A stretch of DNA of 64,000 bases from a virus (Duplodnaviria; Caudoviricetes), in IMG/VR virus record IMGVR_UViG_3300018429_000003, positions 2,074 through 66,073 of that record; one strand, 5' to 3'. Both the position numbers and the translations under genes were made by a program. Position 1 is the stretch's first letter. Each line of letters opens with the position of its first letter. The notes below the pieces were generated by a model. It made no database searches, was not told the DNA's origin, and saw only the letters and a program-made list of their open reading frames with translations. Below are positions 63,633 to 64,000 of this stretch, piece after piece.

Positions 63633-64000
63633 TAATTCTCGGTGTAGATCCAGGTGCATCGGGCGCCGTCGCAGTACTTCCCGTCGATTCCTTTTGGCGA
63701 GTGAAAGCGCCGGCGTCCGCAGTGAAGTTCGCTAATCTCACGGAGCGCCAAATAGCGGACCTCTTCTGGAAGATTTACGTCGACTCGAATAACGCTGGGG
63801 ATGAAGTCGTTGCGATTCTCGAGCTGGTGCACGCGATGCCTGCCGTGAAGCAGTGGCGCGACAAGGATGGTCAGTTGCAGACGAAGATCATGCAGGGCTC
63901 AGTTGGCACGTTTAAGTTTGGCCAGAGCTTTGGATTCTTGCGCGGTTGCCTGGTAACCATCGGAATCCCCTTTGAAGAGGCGCGACCTCAGGCTTGGCAG
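63629..64000 (+). CDS. RuvC-like Holliday junction resolvase, 3'-truncated (not in the ORF track)
   Basis: MIILGVDPGASGAVA...ILELV...TFKFGQSFG...IPFEEARPQAWQ. Confidence 0.85.
   Translation, partial: MIILGVDPGASGAVAVLPVDSFWRVKAPASAVKFANLTERQIADLFWKIYVDSNNAGDEVVAILELVHAMPAVKQWRDKDGQLQTKIMQGSVGTFKFGQSFGFLRGCLVTIGIPFEEARPQAWQ

Noticed and set aside
1-64000. Genome-wide TAG or TGA recoding
   Set aside because: TAG ends clear genes (protease 21770, adaptor 25359, tail terminator 26218) and TGA ends many others. Only single local cases exist.

Overview
The whole window is part of a temperate, siphovirus-like phage genome. Phage genes flank both sides of a tRNA-Lys-derived att core, so this is probably the attP (free) form. 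Gene order: late accessory and membrane genes; Endo VII, TerS and TerL; an ~10 kb lysis plus fibre block placed unusually between TerL and the portal; a Mu-like head (portal, F-like protein, 2H-phosphoesterase/protease/scaffold fusion, capsid); neck and tail genes with a -1 frameshift chaperone; a regulated HNH moron; the tape measure; a GTA-like tail tip (DUF2460, DUF2163, NlpC/P60, and a tip protein with DUF4214-like and Hint domains); a leftward early operon with a TGT/DpdA-like gene; an RHH/RHH genetic switch with a catalytically dead S24 domain; recombination, replication and methylase genes; xis, int and attP; a radical SAM gene; and a partial RuvC-like gene. The strongest novelty candidate is a self-contained ~128-nt minus-strand RNA unit at 33577-33740: a sigma70-like promoter, 19 in-register GGY-NN pentamers and a cUUCGg terminator. 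Its first variable dinucleotides, read as a gapped code, nearly match codons of the neighbouring tail gene. A phage-specific AAAAnnTAAA-N14-TAnnnT promoter occurs 7 times. All family calls come from motifs recognised by eye; no searches were run, and some reading-frame breaks may be sequencing errors.
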